Shown here: one piece after another, positions 12,640 through 26,382 of the stretch
How the letters are laid out: every line of letters begins with the position of its first letter
How positions within the stretch are numbered: the stretch's first letter is position 1
DNA from: Eledone cirrhosa
Taxonomy: Eukaryota
Reading direction: 5' to 3'
NCBI GenBank assembly: GCA_964016885.1
Contig: OZ024761.1
Location: forward strand, 1,550,001 to 1,614,000
DNA length: 64,000 nt
Program-made: the position numbers and the translations under genes
Notes under the pieces: model-generated
Seen by the model: only the letters and a program-made list of their open reading frames with translations
Told to the model about the DNA's origin: nothing
The model's database searches: none

Positions 12640-13560
12640 AAATAATAATGGGTTCTACGTTAGGCACAAGGCCAACAATTACCCCAGTGTATTACTGGTA
12701 CTTTATTTTATCGACCCCGTAAGGATGAACGATGGTAATGTTTCTATTTTTGGCACAAGGCCAGCAATTACCCCAGTGTATTACTGGTACTTTATTTTAT
12801 CGACCCCGTAAGGATGAACGATGGTAATGTTTCTATTTTTGGCACAAGGCCAGCAATTACCCCAGTGTATTACTGGTACTTTATTCTATCGACCCCGTAA
12901 GGATGGTAATGTTTCTATTTTTGGCACAAGGCAAACAATTACTCCAGTATATTACTGGTACTTTATTTTATCGATGAAAGGCAAAGTTAACCTTGTCGGG
13001 ATTTGAACTCAGACCGTAAAGGATCGTAACTCTATGCAGCAAAGCATAAAATAATAATGGTTTCTGATTTAGGCACAAGGCCAACAATTTTAGGGGAGAG
13101 GAAAGTCGATTAAATCGACCCCAGTGCATTACTGGTACTTTATTTTATCGACCTCTTAAGGATGAAAGGCAAAGCTAACTTTGGCGGCATTTGAAATCAG
13201 AAAATAAAGGGCCGTAACTCTATGCCGTGAAGCATGTTGTCCGACACTCTACTGATACTGTCAATAATTGTTTCTACTTTTGGCACAAGGCCAGCAATTA
13301 TCCCAGTGTATTACTGGTACTTTATTTTATCGACGTCCATAAGGATGAAAGGCAAAGTTAACCTCGGCGGAATTTGAAGTCAGAATGACAAGGGCCATAA
13401 CTCTATGCTGCAGAGCATGGTGTCCGACCCTCTACTGAAACTGCCAATCCATCGATATTGCCAAGAATAATAATAATGATTTCTACTTTAGGCACAAGGC
13501 CAGCAATTTTGGGGAGGGGAAAGTCGATTAAATCGACCTCAGTGCATTACTGGTACTTCA
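12640..13560 (-). mobile_element. SINE family A cluster with tandem ~90-bp partial duplications
   Basis: ggcacaaggccagcaattaccccagtgtattactggtac repeated about 4 times at 12660-12960, followed by fuller copies. Confidence 0.9.
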
Positions 13561-13598
13561 TTTTACATGTAATATATGGCAATGTGAAATATATTTAC

Positions 13599-13730
13599 CT
13601 CCCAACAAACGAAAGGCACTGCTAAGGAAACTCAAGGAACAGATGAAGAAATAGAGAAATGCAAGGAGTAAGATTGGTTTCGTTATTCCAGTCCAGAGTA
13701 CGTGGATGACTTTCTCTTTTGCTGTCATAC
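13599..13730 (-). CDS. SLC34A: SLC34 exon (TM1), MTAKEKVIHVLWTGITKPILLLAFLYFFICSLSFLSSAFRLLG
   Basis: ctctctacag|GT ATG...GGA G|gtaaat, 132 nt. LYFFICSL..LSSAF.LLGG is the conserved NaPi-II TM1. Confidence 0.95.
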
Positions 13731-13869
13731 CTGTAGAGAGAAATGGAGAAATATAAGCTAGCATCTCATGTGTTATAATACCTGTAGAGAGAAATGGTGA
13801 TATGCAAACCAAATGTAAGTTGAACCAGAACAAATAACAATTCTCTCAATCCAACAGACAAACAATTAA

Positions 13870-16800
13870 TAATATTAACACTTGTCCATTACATTTCCAC
13901 ATTTACTGGTCAGTTCTAGATATTAACAACTGTCCACTTACATTTCCACATTTACTCGTCAGTTCTAGATATTAACACTTGTCCACTTACATTTCCACAG
14001 TTACTGGTCAGTTCTAGATATTGACAACTGTCCACTTACATTTCCACAGTTACTGGTCAGTTTTAAATATTAACAATATTCCACTTACATTTCCACAGTT
14101 ACTGGTCAGTTCTAGATATTAACAATCCTCCACTTACATTTCCACATTTACTGGTCAGTTCTAGATATTAACACTTGTCCACTTACATTTCCACAGTTAC
14201 TAATCAGTTCTAGATATTAACACTTGTCCACTTACATTTCCACATTTACTGGTCAATTTTAAATATTAACAACTGTCCACTTACATTTCCACAGTTACTG
14301 GTCAGTTTAAAATATTAACAATCTTCCACTTACATTTCCACAGTTACTGGTCAGTTCTAGAAATTAACAACCTTCCACTTACATTTCGACGGTCACTGCT
14401 CAGTCCTAAATATTAACAACTGTCTTCTTACATTTCCACAGTTACTGAACAGTTCTAGATATTAACACTTGTCCACTCACATTTCCACAGTTACTGGTCA
14501 GTTCTAGATATTAACACTTCTCCACAGATATTTCCAGTTACTGGTCAGTTCTAGATATTAACTGTCCACTTACATTTCCACTTTTACTGGTCAGTTCTAG
14601 ATATTAACAACTGTCCACTTACATTTCCACATTTACTGGTCAGTTTTAAATATTATCAACTGTACACTTACATTTCCACAGTTACTGGTCAGTTCTAGAT
14701 ATTAACACTTGTCCACTTACATTTCCACAGTTACTGTTCAATTGTAGATATTAACACTTGTCCACTTACATTTCCACAGTTACCGGTCATTTTTAAATAT
14801 TAACAACTGTCTTCTTACATTTCCACAGTTACTGTTCAATTGTAGATATTAACACATGTCCACTTACATTTCCACAGTTACTGGTCAATTTCAAATATTA
14901 ACAACTGTCCACTTACATTTCAACACTTACTGGTCAGTTCTACATATTAACAACCTTCCACTTACATTTCGACAGTTACTGCTCAGTCCTAAATATTAAC
15001 AACTGTCCACTTACATTTCCACAGTTACTGGTGATTTCTAGATATTAACACATGTCCACTTACATTTCGACAGTTACTGGTCAGTTTTAAATATTAACAA
15101 CTGTCTTCTTACATTTCGACAGTTACAGGTCAGTTCTAGATATTGACACTTGTCCACTTACATTTCCAAAGTTACTGGTCAGTTCTAGATATTAACACTT
15201 GTCCACTTACATTTCCACAGTTACTGGTCAGTTCTAGATATTAACTCTTCTCCACAGATATTTCCACAGTTACTGGTCAGTTCTAGATATTAAAACTGTC
15301 CACTTACATTTCCTAAGTTACTGGTCAGTTTTAAATATTAACAATCTTCCACTTACATTTCCACAGCTACTGGTCAGTTCTAGATATTAACAACTGTCAA
15401 CTTATATTTCCACAGTTACTGGTCAGTTTTAAATATTAACACTTGTCCACTTACATTTCAACAGTTACTGGTCAGTTTTAAATATTAACAACTGTCCTCT
15501 TACATTTCCACAGTTATTGGTCAATTCTAGATATTAACACTTGTCCACTTACATTTCCACAGTTTTGGTCAGTTCTAGATATTACCAACTGTCCACTTAC
15601 CTTTCAACAGTTTTGGGTCAGTTCTAAATATTAACAATTTCCACGTACATATCCACTATTACTGGTCAGTTCTAGGTTTTAACAACTGTTCACTTACATT
15701 TCCACAGCTACTGGTCAGTTTTAAATATTAACACTTGTCCACTTACATTTCCACAGTTACTGGTCAGTTTTAAATAATAACAACTGTCCTCTTACATTTC
15801 CACAGTTACTGATCAGTTCTAGATATTGACACTTGTCCACTTACATTTCCACAGTTACTCGCAAGTTCTAGATATTAACAACTGTTCACTTACATTTCCA
15901 CAGTTAGTGGTCAGTTCTAAATATTACCAACTGTCAACTTACATTTCCACAGTTACTGGTCAGTTCTAGATATTAACAACCTTCCACTTACATTTCCACA
16001 GTTTTTGGTCAGTTCTAGATATTAACAACTGTCCACTTACATTTCCACAGTTACTTTTCAGTTCTAGATATTAACTGTTCACTTACATTTCCACAGTTAC
16101 TGGTCAGTTCTAAATAATAACAACTTTCCACTTACATTTCCAGTTACTGGTCAGTTCTAGATATTAACAACTGTGCGCTTACCTTTCCACAGTTTTGGGT
16201 CAGTTCTAAATATTAACAATCTTCCACTTACATATCCACAGTTACTGGTCAGTTCTAGATATTAACAACTGTCCACTTACACACCCTCAGTTACTGGTCA
16301 GTTTTAAATATTAACAACTATCCACTTCCATTTCCAATTACTGGTCAGTTGTAGATATTAACAACTGTCCACTTACATTTCCCCAGTTTTTGCTCAGTTC
16401 TAAATATTAACAATCTTCCACTTACATTTCCACAGTTACTGGTCAGTTCTAGATATTAACACCTGTCCACTTACATTTCCAGTTACTGGTCAGTTCTAAA
16501 TATTAACAACTGTCAACTTACATTTCCACAGTTACTGGTCAGTTTTAAATATTAACACATGTCCACTTACATTTCCACATTTACTGGTCAGTTCTAAATA
16601 TTAACTCTTGTCCACAGATATGTCCAAAGTTACTGGTCAGTTCTAGATATTAACAACCTTCCACTTACATTTCCAAAGTTACTGGTAAGTTCTAGATATT
16701 AACAACTGTCCACTTACATTTCCACAGTTACTGGTCAGTTTTAAATATTAACAACTATCCATTTACATTTACAGTTACTTGTCAGTTGTAGATATTAACA

Positions 16801-19800
16801 ACTGTCCACTTACATTTCCCTAGTTTTTGGTCAGTTCTAAATATAAAAAATCTTCCACTTACATATCCACAATTACTGGTCAGTTCTAGATATTAACAAC
16901 CTTCCACTTACATTTCCACAGTTTTGGTCAGTTCTAGTAATTAACAACTGTCCACTTACACTTCCACAGTTACTGGTCAGTTCTAAATATTAACAACTGT
17001 CCACTTACATTTACAGTTACTGGTCAGTTCTAGATATTAACAACCTTCAACTTACCTTTCCACATTTACTGGTCAGTTCTAGATATTAACAACTGTCCAC
17101 TTACATACCCTCAGTTACTGGTCAGTTTTAAATATTAACAACTATCCACTTCCAATTACTGGTCAGTTGTAGATATTAACAACTGTCCACTAACCTTTCC
17201 ACAGTATTTGCTCAGTTCTAAATATTAACAATCTTCCACTTACATATCCACCGTTTTTGGTCAGTTCTAGATATTAACAACTGTCCACTTACCTTTCCAC
17301 AGTTTTTGGTCAGTTCTAAATATTAACAATCTTCCACTTACATATCCACCGTTTTTGGTCAGTTCTAGATATTAACAATTGTCCACTTACCTTTCCACAG
17401 TTTTTGGTCAGTTCTAAATATTAACAATCTTCCACTTACATATCCACATTTACTGGTCAGTTCTAGATATTAACAACTGTCCACTTACATACCCTCAGTT
17501 ACTGGTCAGTTTTAAATATTAACAATTATCCACTTCCATTTCCAATTACTGGTCAGTTCTAGATTTTAACAACTGTCCACTTACATTTCCACAGTTACTG
17601 GTCAGTTCTAGATATTAACAACTGTCCACTTACATTTCCACAGTTTTTGGTGAGTTCTAAATATTAACAATGTTCCACTTACATTTCCACAGTTACTGGT
17701 CAGTTTTAGATATTAACAACTGTCCACTTACCTTTCCACAGTTTTGGTCAGTTGTAAATATTAACAATCTTCCACTTCCATTTCCACAGTTTTTGGTCAG
17801 TTCTAGATATTAACAACTGCCCACTTACATTTCCACAGTTACTGGTCAGTTCTAGCTATTAACAACTGTTCACTTACATTTCCACAGTTACTGGTCAGTT
17901 CTAAATATTAACAATCTTCCACTTACATATCCACAATTAACTGGTCAGTTCTAGATATCAACACTTGTCCACTTACATTTCCACGGTTACTGGTCCGTTC
18001 TGAATATTAACAACTGTGCACTTACATTTCTATAGTTACTGGACATTTCTAGATTTTAACAACTGTCCACATACATTCCCTCAGTTACTGGTCAGTTTTA
18101 AATATTAACAACTCTCCATTTACATTTCCAGTTACTGGTCAGTTGTAGATATTAACAACTGTCCACTTACCTTTCCACAGTTTTTGGTCAGTTCGAAATA
18201 TTAACAATCTTCCACTTACATATCCACAGTTACTGGTCAGTTCTAGATATTAACAACTGTTCTCTTACATTTCCACATTTACTGGTCAGTTCTAGATATT
18301 AACAACTGTCCACTTACATACCCTCAGTTACTGGTCAGTTTTAAATATTAACAATTATCCACTTACATTTCCAATTACTGGTCAGTTCTAGATTTTAACA
18401 ACTGTCCACTTACATTTCAACAGTTACTGGTCAGTTCTAGATATTAACAACTGTCCACTTACATTTCCACAGTTACTGGTCAGTTCTAAATATTAACAAC
18501 TGTCAACTTACATTTCCACATTTACTGGTCAGTTCTAGATATAAATTCTTGTCCACAGATATTTCCACAGTAACTGGCCAGTTCTAGATATTAACAACCT
18601 TCCACTTACATCTCCACAGTTACTGGTCAGTTCTAAATAGTAACAATCTTCCACTTACATTTCAACAGTTACTGGCCTGTTCTAGATATTAACACTTGTC
18701 CACTTACATTTTCAGTTATGGGTCAGTTCTATATATTTACAACCTTCCACTGACATTTCCACAGTTATTGGTCAGTTTTAAATATTAACAACTCTGCTCT
18801 TACTTTTCCTCAGTTACTGGTCAGTTCTAGATATTAACAACAGTCCATTTATATTTCCACAGTTACTGGCCAGTTCTAGATATTAACAACTGTCCACTTA
18901 CATTTCCAGTTTTTGGTCAGTTCTAAATATTAACAATCTTCCACTTACATTTCCACAGTTACTGGTCAGTTTTAGATATTAACAATCTTCCACTTACATT
19001 TCCACAGTTATGATCAGTTCTAGATATTAACAACTGTTCACTTACATTTCCACAGTTACTGGTCAGTTCTAAATATTAACAATCTTCCACTTACATTTCC
19101 ACAGTTATGATCAGTTCTAGATATTAACAACTGTTCACTTACATTTCCACAGTTACTGGTCAGTTTTAAATATTAACACTTGTCCACTTACATTTCAACA
19201 GTTACTGGTCAGTTTTAAATATTAGCAACTGTCCTCTTACATTTCCACAGTTACTGGTCAGTTCTAGATGTTAAAACTTGTCCACTTAGATTTCCAGTTC
19301 CTGATCAGTTCTAAATATTAACAACTGTCAACTTACATTTCCACATTTACTGGTCCTAGATATTAACTCTTGTCCACAGATATTTCCACAGTTAGTGGTC
19401 AGTTCTAGATATTAACACTTGTCCACTTACATTTCCACGGTTACTGATCAATTCTAGATATTAACAACTGTCCACTTACATTTCCACAGTTTTTGGTCAG
19501 TTCTAAATGTTAACAATCATCCATTTCCAGTTACTGGTCAGTTCTAAATATTAACAATTGTCCACTTACATTTCTACAGTTACTGGTCAGTTTTAAATAT
19601 TAACAATCTTCCACTTATATTTCAACAGTTACTGGTCAGTTTTAAATATTAACAATCTTCCACTTACATTTCCACAGTTACTGGTCAGTTCTCGATATTA
19701 ACGGCCTTCCACTTATATTTCCAGTTACTGGTCAGTTTTAAATATTAACAATCTTTCACTTACATTTCCAAAGTTACTGCTCAGTTTTAAATATTAACAA

Positions 19801-22800
19801 TCTTCCACTTACATTTCCACAGTTACTGGTCATTTCTAGATATTAACAATTGTCCACTTACATTTCCATAGTTACTGGTCAGTTCTACATATTAACAACT
19901 GTCCAACTACACTTCCACAGTTACTGGTAAGTTCTAGATATTAACAACTGTCAACTTACATTTCCTCAGTTACTGGTCATTTTTTAATATTAACAAATAT
20001 CCACTTACATTTCCAGTTACTGGTCAGTTCTAGATATTGACAACTGTTCACTTACATTTCCACAGTTACTGGTCAGTTCTGAATATTAACTCTTGTCCAC
20101 AGATATTTCCACAGTTACTGGTCAGTTCTAGATATTAACACTTGTCCACTTACATTTCCACAGTTACTGGTCAGTTTTAAATATTAACAACTGTCCTCTT
20201 ACATTTTCACAGTTAGTGGTCAGTTCTAGATATTAACACTTGTTCACTTACATTTCCACAGTTACTGGTCAGTTCTAGATATTAGCAACCTTCGACTTAC
20301 ATTTCCACAGTTTTTGGTCAGTTCTAAATATTAACAATCTTCCATTTACATTTCCACAGTTACTGGTCACGGATAGATATTAATAACTGTCCACTTACAT
20401 TTCCACATTTACTGGTCAGTTCTAGATATTAACAACTGTCCACTTACATTTCTACAGTTACTGGTGAGTTCTAGATATTAACACTTGTTCACTTACATTT
20501 CCACAGTTGCTGGTCAGTTCTAGATATTAACACTTGTCCACTTACATTTCCACAGTTACTCGTCAGTTCTAGATATTAACACTTGTCCACTTACATTTCC
20601 ACAGTTACTGTTCAGTTCTAGATATTAGCAACCTTCGACTTACATTTCCACAGTTTTTGGTCAGTTCTAAATATTAACAATCTTCCATTTACATTTCCAC
20701 AGTTACTGGTCACGGATAGATATTAATAACTGTCCACTTACATTTCCACATTTACTGGTCAGTTCTAGATATTAACAACTGTCCACTTACATTTCTACAG
20801 TTACTGGTGAGTTCTAGATATTAACACTTGTTCACTTACATTTCCACAGTTGCTGGTCAGTTCTAGATATTAACACTTGTCCACTTACATTTCCACAGTT
20901 ACTCGTCAGTTCTAGATATTAACACTTGTCCACTTACATTTCCACAGTTACTGTTCAGTTCTAGATATTAACAATCTTCCACTTACATTTCCACAGTTAC
21001 TTGCCAGTTCTAGATATTCACATTTATCGACTTACATTTCCACAGTTACTGGTCAGTTCTAGATATTAACCCTTCTCCACAGATATTTCAACTGTTAATG
21101 GTCAGTTCTAGATATTAATAACTGTCCACTTACGTTTACACTGTTACTGGTCAGTTTTAAATATTAACACTTGTCCACATACATTTCCACAGTTACTGGT
21201 CAGTTTTAAATATTAACAACTGTCCACTTACATTTCCACAGTTACTGGTCATTTCTAGATATTAACAACTGTTCACTTACATTTCCACAGTTACTGGTCA
21301 GCTCTAAATATTAACAACTGTCAACTTACATTTCCACATTTACTGGTCAGTTCTAGATATTAACACTTGCCCACAGATATTTCCAGTTACTGGTCAGGTC
21401 TAGATATTAACAACCTTCGACTTACATTTCCACAGTTTTTGGTCAGTTCTAAATATTAACAATCTTCCATTTACATTTCCACATTTACTGGTCAGGTATA
21501 GATATTAATAACTGCCCACTTACATTTCCACATTTGCTGGTCAGTTCTAGATATTAACAACTGTCCACTTACATTTCCACAGTTACTGGTCAGTTTTAAA
21601 TATTAACAACAGTCCTCTTACATTTCCACAGTTACTGGTCAGTTCTAGATATTAACAACTGTCCACTTACATTTCCACTGTTACTGGTCAGTTCTACATA
21701 TTAGCACTTGTCCACTTACATTTCCACAGTTACTGGTCAGTTCTAGATATTAACAACTGTTCACTTACATTTCCACAGTTACTGGTCAGTTCTAAATATT
21801 AACAACTGTCAACCTACATTTCCACATTTACTGGTCAGTTCTAGATATTAACACTTGTCCACAGATATTTCCAGTTACTGGTCAGGTCTAGATATTAACA
21901 ACCTTCCACTTACATTTCCACAATTTTTGGTCAGTTCTAAATATTAACAATCTTCCACGTACATTTCCACAGTTACTGCTCAGTTCTAGATATTAACAAC
22001 TATCCACTTACATTTCCTCAGTCACTGGTCACTTTTAGACATTAACACTTGTCCACTTATATTTCCACAGTTACTGGTCAGTTCTAGATATTAACAACTG
22101 TCCACTTACATTTCCACTGTTACTGATCAGTTTTAAATATTAACAACTGTCCTCTTACATTTCCACAGTTACTGGTAAGTTCTAGATATTAACAACCTTC
22201 GACTTACATTTCTACAGTTTTTGGTCAGTTCTAAATATTAGCAATCTTCCATTTACATTTCCACATTTACTGGTCAGGTATAGATATTAATAATTGTCCA
22301 CTTACATTTCCACATTTGCTGGTCAGTTCTAGATATTAACAACTGTCCACTTACATTTCCACAATTACTGGTCAATTTTAAATATTAACAACAGTCCTCT
22401 TACATTTCCACATTTACTGGTGAGTTCTAGATATTAACACTTGTTCACTTACATTTCCACACTTGCTGGTCAGTTCTAGATATTAACACTTGTCCACTTA
22501 CATTTCCACAGTTACTGGTCAGTTCTAGATATTAACAACCTTCCACTTACATTTCCACCTTTTTTGGTCATTTCTAAATATTAACAACCTTCCAGGTACA
22601 TTTCCACAGTTTTTGGTCAGTTCTAAATATTAACAATCTTCCACTTACATTTCCATTTACTGGCCAGTTCTAGATATTAACATTTGTCGTCTTACATTTC
22701 CACAGTTACTGGTCAGTTCTAGGTAATAACAACTGTCCACTTACATTTCCACAGCTACTGGTCAGTTTTAAATATTAACATCTGTCCTCTTACATTTCCA

Positions 22801-24140
22801 CAGTTCCTGGTCAGTTCTATATATTAACACTTGTCCACTTACATTTCCACAGTTACTGGTCAGTTCTAGATAGTTAACAACCTTCCACTTACATTTCCAG
22901 TTTTTGGTCAGTTCTAAATATTAACAATCTTCCATTTACATTTCCACAGTTACTGGTCAGGTATAGATATTAATAACTGTTCACTTACATTTCCACATTT
23001 ACTGGTCAGTTCTAGATATTAACAACCTTCCACTTACATTTCCACATTTTTTGGTCATTTCTAAATATTAACAACCTTCCAGGTACATTTCCACAGTTTT
23101 TGGTCAGTTCTAAATATTAACAATCTTCCACTTACATTTCCACAGTTACTGGCCAGTTCTAGATATTAACATTTGTCGTCTTACATTTCCACAGTTATTG
23201 GTCAGTTCTAGGTAATAACAACTGTCCACTTACATTTCCACAGCTACTGGTCAGTTCTAAATATTAACAACTATCAACTTACATTTCCACAGTTCCTGGT
23301 CAGTTCTATATATTAACACTTGTCCACTTACATTTCCACAGTTACTGGTCAGTTCTAGATATTAACAACCTTCCACTTACATTTCCACAGTTTTTGGTCA
23401 GTTCTATATATTAACAATCTTCCATTTACATTTCCACAGTTACTGGTCATGTATAGATATTAATAACTGTCCACTTACATTTCCACATTTAATGGTCAGT
23501 TCTAGATATTAACAACTGTCCACTTACATTTCCACAGTTACTGGTCAGTTTTAAATATTAACAACAGTCCTCTTACATTTCCACAGTTACTGGTGAGTTC
23601 TAGATATTAATACTTGTCCACTTATATTTCCACAGTTGCTAGTCAGTTCTAGATATTAACACTTGTCCACTTACATTTCCACAGTTACTGGCCAGTACTA
23701 GATATTAACAACCTTCCACTTACATTTCCACAGTTTTTGGTCAGTTCTAAATATTAACAATCTTCCACTTACATTTCCTCAGTTACTGGTCAGTTCTAGA
23801 TATTAACATTTGTCCACTTATATTTCCACAGTTACTGGTCAGTTCTAGATGTTAACACTTGCCCACTTACATTTCCAGTTTTTGGTCAGTTCTAAATATT
23901 AACAATCTTCCACATACATTTCCACAGTTACTGGTGAGTTCTAGATTTTAACATTTGTCCTCTTATATTTCCACAGTTACTGGCCAGTTCTAGATATTAA
24001 CACTTGTCCACTTATATTTCCACAGTTACTGGTCAGTTCTAGATATTAACACTTGTCCACTTACATTTCCACAGTTAGTTGTCAGTTCTAAATATTAACA
24101 CTTGTCCTCTTACATTTCCACAGTTTCTGGTCAGTTCTAA
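13870..24140. repeat. 49-bp satellite, ~210 copies (tagatattaacaactgtccacttacatttccacagttactggtcagttc)
   Basis: Period measured from tattaac at 13921 and 13970; copy number is length divided by 49. The terminal unit overlaps exon 24114-24171. Confidence 0.98.
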
Positions 24141-24171
24141 ATTCTGGAAGTGCCCATGGATCAATCTTCTC
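24114..24171 (-). CDS. SLC34A: SLC34 exon, EKIDPWALPEFRTDQKLWK
   Basis: gttttccag|GAG...AAA T|gtaaga, 58 nt, phase 0 to 1, in frame with the next exon. DPWxLPE...W resembles the NaPi-IIb N-terminal motif. Confidence 0.9.
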
Positions 24172-24391
24172 CTGGAAAACAAAAATAAATCGGATTTACA
24201 GGATCTTTATTCAGTAAGGAGACTTTGTTGAGAGGAAGAAGAAGGCTTTATGTGTGTGTGATAGAGAGAGCGAGAGTAAGAAAGAGAGGGAGAGAGAGAA
24301 GGTGACACAGTTCCTGATACGAATAATAAACAAAGCAATAATTGAATAAAATACTTTATAACAAAACAACAAAAGAAAGATTAACGATTCC

Positions 24392-24854
24392 TTAACCCAT
24401 TAGCATTTAAACCGGCCGTATCCACCCAGAAATCTCTCACCTCTTTCTGTTCAAACCGGCTATAACTGGCTGCTCATACTGATGTTAAGGTATTGTTCTC
24501 AAAATAAATAACATCAAAATCTCATAGATTCAGTATTATGTGAGATCATTATGTCAGGTATCAGTAGAGGTCGGATGCCATGCTTTCCAGCATAGTTACG
24601 TCCCTTTACGATCTGAGTTCAAATCCCACCGAGGTTGACTTCACCTTTCATCCTTATGGGTTCGATAAAATAAAGTACCAGTGATGCACTGGGTAATTGC
24701 TGGCCTTGTGCCTAAAGTAGAAACAATTATGTCAGGTAAGGCCTTTACCATGAAAATATAATAGTAAATATGGAGTAATGTAAATGCTAAGGTAAGGCCT
24801 TTACCATGAAAATATAATAGTAAATATGGAGTAATGTAAATGCTAAAGGGTTAA
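24392..24854 (+). mobile_element. piggyBac-like MITE interrupted by a SINE
   Basis: TTAA-CCCATTAGCATT...AATGCTAAAGGG-TTAA termini. SINE at ~24560-24727 is flanked by the direct repeat attatgtcaggta. A ~55-bp internal tandem duplication is present. Confidence 0.75.
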
Positions 24855-25140
24855 GTGGCTTAATGGTTAGGGTGTTGGACTTACGACCATTAGGTTGTGA
24901 GTTTGGTACCTTGACCAGGCAGAGTGTTGTGTCTTTCAACAAGATAATTCATTTCATGTTGCTGCAGTTCATTCAGTTGAAAAATATGAACACTAATAGT
25001 AGATGGGAGAGTTAACTCTGCAATTGACTGGTGTATTATCCAGGATAAGGGGAAAATCTTGTTCTCTCAATTGCTTAACTCTAATAAAACCAGGATAAGC
25101 TCTGCTCTGATGAGTCTCTGAACTTGGGACAGATTTTAAC
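24855..25140 (+). mobile_element. SINE family B, diverged
   Basis: Colinear with 4916-5205. Confidence 0.65.
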
Positions 25141-25144
25141 CATT

Positions 25145-25350
25145 TTACCCCTTTAGTATTTATATTACTCTATATTTACTATTGTATTTTCATGGTAAAC
25201 ACTTTATCTCACATAATATTGAATCTATGAGATTCTGATATTATTTATTTTGAGAACAATACCTTAATGTCAGTATGAGAAGCCAGTTGCGGCTGGTTTC
25301 AACAGAAACAAGTGAGAGAATTCTGGCTGGTTTAAATGCTAAAGGGTTAA
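25145..25350 (-). mobile_element. piggyBac-like MITE, inverted copy
   Basis: Reverse-complement similarity to 24392-24540; ends aatgctaaagggttaa. Confidence 0.7.
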
Positions 25351-25399
25351 ACTTGAAGAACTGTAGTTACTGAAAATCAACAAGGTAAAGACAATAGGA

Positions 25400-25676
25400 A
25401 TCATATATTTATGACAAATCTTAACTCTTATGTATTTATAAGTCTTAACAATTGATCATATATTTATGACAAGTCTTAACACTTATGTATTTATGACAAG
25501 TCTTAACAACTGATCATATATTTATGACAAGTCTTAACACTTATGTATTTATGACAAGTCTTAACAACTGATCATATATTTATGACAAGTCTTAACACTT
25601 ATGTATTTATGACAAGTCTTAACAACTGATCATATATTTATGACAAGTCTTAACACTGATTATATATTTATGATAA
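25400..25676. repeat. Minisatellite, ~58-bp dimeric unit (tatttatgacaagtcttaaca)
   Basis: Directly visible, about 9 subunits. Confidence 0.9.
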
Positions 25677-25730
25677 GGCAGCGGCTGCATGTGTAACAGA
25701 AGATCAGTAAATATTTAAAGTAATACTTAC

Positions 25731-25769
25731 TGGTGTCTTAGCAACTTCAATTTCTTTGTTGATGTTGAC
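25731..25769 (-). CDS. Probable SLC34 N-terminal micro-exon, VNINKEIEVAKTP
   Basis: tctcctgccag|GTC...CCA|gtaagt, 39 nt, phase 0-0, open, with an upstream pyrimidine tract. No homology support. Confidence 0.7.
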
Positions 25770-26011
25770 CTGGCAGGAGAGTGAAGTGTGAGTGTGAGTG
25801 AGTGTGAGTGAGTGTGAGTGAGTGTGAGCCAATAAGAAAGAGAGAGAGAGAGTGTGAGAGATTGAATGTAAGTAGATGAATAAATAGGATAAAATAAAAT
25901 AAGATCAAGTAAAATTGAAGCGTTTAAAAATAGATAATAAAGTGGATAATATGGGGGCTAACTTATGGTAAAGTGTATATATGTATATATGCACACAAAC
26001 GCATAAACACA

Positions 26012-26179
26012 CAGAGCTGGATTTACCATTGTGCTTAGGTGGGCTTAAGCATAGGGCCCCGCTAGCCAGGGGTCGGAGCGCATCTTCCTGCCAAATGAAT
26101 TTTACCTCCTTCAGGGCCCAAGAAAGGGACCTCATAACTTAACTACCACAGGGCTTCATTTGTCCTAAATCCAGCACTG
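26012..26179. mobile_element. Short TIR element (hAT-like MITE)
   Basis: CAGAGCTGGATTTA...TAAATCCAGCACTG inverted termini around a GC-rich core; TSD not clear. Confidence 0.55.
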
Positions 26180-26382
26180 CACACATAGGTGTACCAAGGA
26201 GGTTTTACAAATGAAAGTACAAATAAATCGGTTAATACTTTAATGAAATAACTGGGTGGAGTAAAATAATATCTAGAGAGTAAATAAATAAGAACCCAAC
26301 ATCACAATGAGGTACACAAGGACAAGTTAAAGATATACACAAACAAAGTCATATCAGTAGACGACATGTAGATTATGATCTG

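Noticed and set aside
13870-24113. Array of alternative 23-nt micro-exons (AG|AACTG...AAAT|GT)
   Set aside because: No polypyrimidine tract, ~26-nt spacing, and the length shifts the frame.
13870-24140. CRISPR-like array or repeat-protein ORF
   Set aside because: No unique spacers, no cas genes, eukaryotic context; 49 is not a multiple of 3 and no long ORF is present.
25105-25135. CTGATGA plus hairpin as a hammerhead
   Set aside because: No GAAA or stems I/III; lies in a SINE tail.
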